Below, piece by piece: positions 7,063 through 9,649 of a DNA stretch of 9,649 nt (the first letter of the stretch is position 1; each line of letters starts with the position of its first letter). The position numbers were made by a program, and so were the translations under genes. The notes under the pieces were generated by a model. That model did not search any database. It was not told where the DNA came from and was given only the letters and a program-made list of their open reading frames with translations. The stretch comes from a virus (Duplodnaviria > Heunggongvirae > Uroviricota > Caudoviricetes), in the IMG/VR virus record IMGVR_UViG_2660238600_000001, positions 1 to 9,649 of that record; one strand, written 5' to 3'.

Positions 7063-7262
7063 GGGTCCTTTCCGGCGATCCGACAGGTTACGGGGCGGCG
7101 ACCTCGCGGGTTTTCGCTATTTATGAAAATTTTCCGGTTTAAGGCATTTCCGTTCTTCTTCGTCGTAACTTAATGTTTTTATTTAAAATATCCCCTGAAA
7201 AGAAAGGAAACGACAGGTGCTGAAAACGAGCTTTTGGGCCTCTGTCGTTTCCTTTCTCTGTT
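7063..7262 (+). other. Lambda-type cos site: cosQ (about 7063-7069), cosN with 12-nt cohesive-end sequence GGGCGGCGACCT (7093-7104), cosB with R3/I1/R2/R1 (about 7145-7258)
   Basis: ...GGGTCCTTTCCGGCGATCCGACAGGTTACG | GGGCGGCGACCTCGCGGGTTTTCGCTATTTATGAAAATTTTCCGG... matches the recalled junction of lambda right and left ends. Repeated R-site cores at 7145-7162, 7202-7217 (inverted) and 7242-7258, with an A/T-rich bend site between. Confidence 0.85.
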
Positions 7263-7281
7263 TTTGGCCGTGGAATGAACA

Positions 7282-7827
7282 ATGGAAGTCAACAAAAAGC
7301 AGCTGGCTGACATTTTCGGTGCGAGTATCCGTACCATTCAGAACTGGCAGGAACAGGGAATGCCAGTTCTGCGAGGCGGTGGCAAGGGTAATGAGGTGCT
7401 TTATGACTCTGCCGCCGTTATAAGATGGTATGCCGAAAGGGATGCTGAAATTGAGAACGAAAAGCTGCGCCGGGAAGTTGAAGAACTGCGGCAGGCCAGC
7501 GAGACAGATCTCCAGCCAGGGACTATTGAGTACGAACGCCATCGACTTACGCGTGCGCAGGCCGACGCACAGGAGCTGAAAAATGCCAGAGACTCCGCTG
7601 AAGTGGTGGAAACCGCATTCTGTACTTTCGTGCTGTCGCGGATCGCAGGTGAAATTGCCAGTATTCTCGACGGGATCCCCCTGTCGGTGCAGCGGCGTTT
7701 TCCGGAACTGGAAAACCGACATGTTGATTTCCTGAAACGGGATATCATCAAAGCCATGAACAAAGCAGCCGCGCTGGATGAACTGATACCGGGGTTGCTG
7801 AGTGAATATATCGAACAGTCAGGTTAA
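7282..7827 (+). CDS. nu1: Terminase small subunit Nu1
   Basis: 181 aa, near-identical to lambda Nu1 as recalled (MEVNKKQLADIFGASIRTIQNWQEQGMPVLRGGGKGNEVLYDSAAV...); N-terminal winged HTH; overlaps A by 26 nt as in lambda. Confidence 0.95.
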   Translation: MEVNKKQLADIFGASIRTIQNWQEQGMPVLRGGGKGNEVLYDSAAVIRWYAERDAEIENEKLRREVEELRQASETDLQPGTIEYERHRLTRAQADAQELKNARDSAEVVETAFCTFVLSRIAGEIASILDGIPLSVQRRFPELENRHVDFLKRDIIKAMNKAAALDELIPGLLSEYIEQSG

Positions 7828-8056
7828 CAGGCTGCGGCATTTTGTCCGCGCCGGGCTTCGCTCACTGTTCAGGCCGGAGCCACAGACCGCCGTTGAATGG
7901 GCGGATGCTAATTACTATCTCCCGAAAGAATCCGCATACCAGGAAGGGCGCTGGGAAACACTGCCCTTTCAGCGGGCCATCATGAATGCGATGGGCAGCG
8001 ACTACATCCGTGAGGTGAATGTGGTGAAGTCTGCCCGTGTCGGTTATCTCCGGTGA
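7802..8056 (+). pseudogene. A: Terminase large subunit A, N-terminal remnant (about 82 codons, then a 2-codon out-of-context tail)
   Basis: MNISNSQVNRLRHFVRAGLRSLFRPEPQTAVEWADANYYLPKESAYQEGRWETLPFQRAIMNAMGSDYIREVNVVKSARVGY matches the lambda A N-terminus; after VGY the frame reads LR-stop. The ATPase and nuclease domains are absent. Confidence 0.85.
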
Positions 8057-8075
8057 GCCGGAGGAGTATTTCCGG

Positions 8076-8675
8076 ATGTCGCCGGAGGACTGGCTGCGGG
8101 CAGAAATGCAGGGTGAGATTGTGGCGCTGGTCCACAGCCACCCCGGTGGTCTGCCCTGGCTGAGTGAGGCCGACCGGCGGCTGCAGGTGCAGAGTGATTT
8201 GCCGTGGTGGCTGGTCTGCCGGGGGACGATTCATAAGTTCCGCTGTGTGCCGCATCTCACCGGGCGGCGCTTTGAGCACGGTGTGACGGACTGTTACACA
8301 CTGTTCCGGGATGCTTATCATCTGGCGGGGATTGAGATGCCGGACTTTCATCGTGAGGATGACTGGTGGCGTAACGGCCAGAATCTCTATCTGGATAATC
8401 TGGAGGCGACGGGGCTGTATCAGGTGCCGTTGTCAGCGGCACAGCCGGGCGATGTGCTGCTGTGCTGTTTTGGTTCATCAGTGCCGAATCACGCCGCAAT
8501 TTACTGCGGCGACGGCGAGCTGCTGCACCATATTCCTGAACAACTGAGCAAACGAGAGAGGTACACCGACAAATGGCAGCGACGCACACACTCCCTCTGG
8601 CGTCACCGGGCATGGCGCGCATCTGCCTTTACGGGGATTTACAACGATTTGGTCGCCGCATCGACCTTCGTGTGA
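8076..8675 (+). CDS. K: Tail tip assembly protein K (JAMM/MPN plus NlpC/P60 domains), apparently full length
   Basis: ATG at 8076 with GGAGGAG 9 nt upstream; 199 aa; JAMM motif HSHPGGLPWLSEAD and NlpC/P60 Cys region GVTDCYTLFRDAYHLAG. Length and the 103-nt overlap with I match my recollection of lambda K. Confidence 0.8.
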   Translation: MSPEDWLRAEMQGEIVALVHSHPGGLPWLSEADRRLQVQSDLPWWLVCRGTIHKFRCVPHLTGRRFEHGVTDCYTLFRDAYHLAGIEMPDFHREDDWWRNGQNLYLDNLEATGLYQVPLSAAQPGDVLLCCFGSSVPNHAAIYCGDGELLHHIPEQLSKRERYTDKWQRRTHSLWRHRAWRASAFTGIYNDLVAASTFV

Positions 8676-9118
8676 AAACGGGGGCTGAAGCCATCCGGGC
8701 ACTGGCCACACAGCTCCCGGCGTTTCGTCAGAAACTGAGCGACGGCTGGTATCAGGTACGGATTGCCGGGCGGGACGTCAGCACGTCCGGGTTAACGGCG
8801 CAGTTACATGAGACTCTGCCTGATGGCGCTGTGATTCATATTGTTCCCAGAGTCGCCGGGGCCAAGTCAGGTGGCGTATTCCAGATTGTCCTGGGGGCTG
8901 CCGCCATTGCCGGATCATTCTTTACCGCCGGAGCCACCCTTGCAGCATGGGGGGCAGCCATTGGGGCCGGTGGTATGACCGGCATCCTGTTTTCTCTCGG
9001 TGCCAGTATGGTGCTCGGTGGTGTGGCGCAGATGCTGGCACCGAAAGCCAGAACTCCCCGTACACAGACAACGGATAGCCGCGCTGACAGACAATACGCA
9101 GGGGGCAGCAGGTCTTGA
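8573..9118 (+). pseudogene. I: Tail assembly protein I, truncated (about 170 N-terminal residues, then an unrelated 12-residue tail)
   Basis: MAATHTLPLASPGMARICLYGDLQRFGRRIDLRVKTGAEAIRAL...[19 protein letters not shown] follows lambda I, then diverges ([13 protein letters not shown]-stop); lambda I is about 223 aa by recollection. Confidence 0.75.
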
Positions 9119-9122
9119 GTTA

Positions 9123-9649
9123 TACGAGGTGTATAACAACGGATATCCAACAGCGTATGGAAATATCATTCACCTGAAAGGGATGACAGCCGTTGGCGAA
9201 GGTGAGTTACTCATCGGCTGGAGTGGTACAAGCGGTGCTCATGCTCCGGCATTTATTCGTTCACGACGGGATATGACCGGCGCAAACTGGTCGCCGTGGG
9301 CGCAGCTTTACACCTCGGCTCATCCTCCTGCAGAGTTTTATCCAGTCGGTGCACCAATCCCGTGGCCATCAGATACCGTTCCGTCTGGTTATGCCCTGAT
9401 GCAGGGGCAGACTTTTGACAAATCTGCTTACCCGAAACTTGCAGCCGCTTATCCGTCAGGCGTGATCCCTGATATGCGTGGCTGGACGATTAAGGGCAAG
9501 CCCGCCAGTGATCGAGCCGTATTGTCTCAGGAACAGGACGGCATTAAATCACACACCCACAGCGCCAGCGTATCCAGTACGGATTTGGGGACGAAAACCA
9601 CATCGTCGTTTGATTACGGCACTAAATCCACGAATAACACTGGTGCGCA
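9123..9649 (+). pseudogene. Side tail-fibre C-terminal fragment (Stf-like), no own start, continues beyond the window; left boundary approximate
   Basis: Frame 0 reads ...[62 protein letters not shown]...[76 protein letters not shown]...[13 protein letters not shown]. The last two thirds match the lambda Stf C-terminal module as recalled. Confidence 0.65.

Noticed and set aside
7183-7763. ORFs overlapping cos and nu1 (7183-7722 minus, 7401-7763 minus, 7217-7423 plus)
   Set aside because: They run across the cos site and antisense to nu1, whose identity is unambiguous.
7980-9169. Numerous minus-strand and alternate-frame ORFs across the K / I / fibre region
   Set aside because: Typical spurious ORFs in GC-rich coding DNA; translations are Arg/Pro/Ala/Cys-rich with no motifs, while the plus-strand frames carry recognisable tail proteins.
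1-9649. CRISPR arrays, insertion sequences, integrase or attachment sites
   Set aside because: No regularly spaced direct repeats, no terminal inverted repeats flanking a transposase-like ORF and no integrase-like ORF occur in this window.

Overview
This window reads as the late-region / right-arm junction of a degraded lambda-like prophage in an E. coli-like host. All identifications are from reading the sequence and recalled protein families; no searches were run. Left to right: the 3' end of a Q-like antiterminator ORF; a run of perfect stem-loops; a leftward NmpC/OmpD-type porin gene with a very AT-rich upstream region; a candidate promoter plus strong intrinsic terminator; a small HTH-like ORF and an orphan beta-class DNA methyltransferase with its own terminator; a lambda-type lysis cassette (holin, R, Rz with embedded Rz1); a terminator; a T5orf172/GIY-YIG-like gene sitting where lambda carries bor, followed by about 475 bp of structured DNA with no convincing ORF; two leftward ORFs (AT-rich YbcV-like, then Arc-like RHH); a complete lambda-type cos site; nu1; terminase A cut after about 82 codons and joined just upstream of an apparently intact tail gene K; tail gene I truncated and joined to a tail-fibre C-terminal fragment that runs off the window. 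The best candidates for something undescribed are the T5orf172 cassette with its paired hairpin elements and the HTH-plus-methyltransferase cassette. No tRNA, CRISPR array or IS element was seen.
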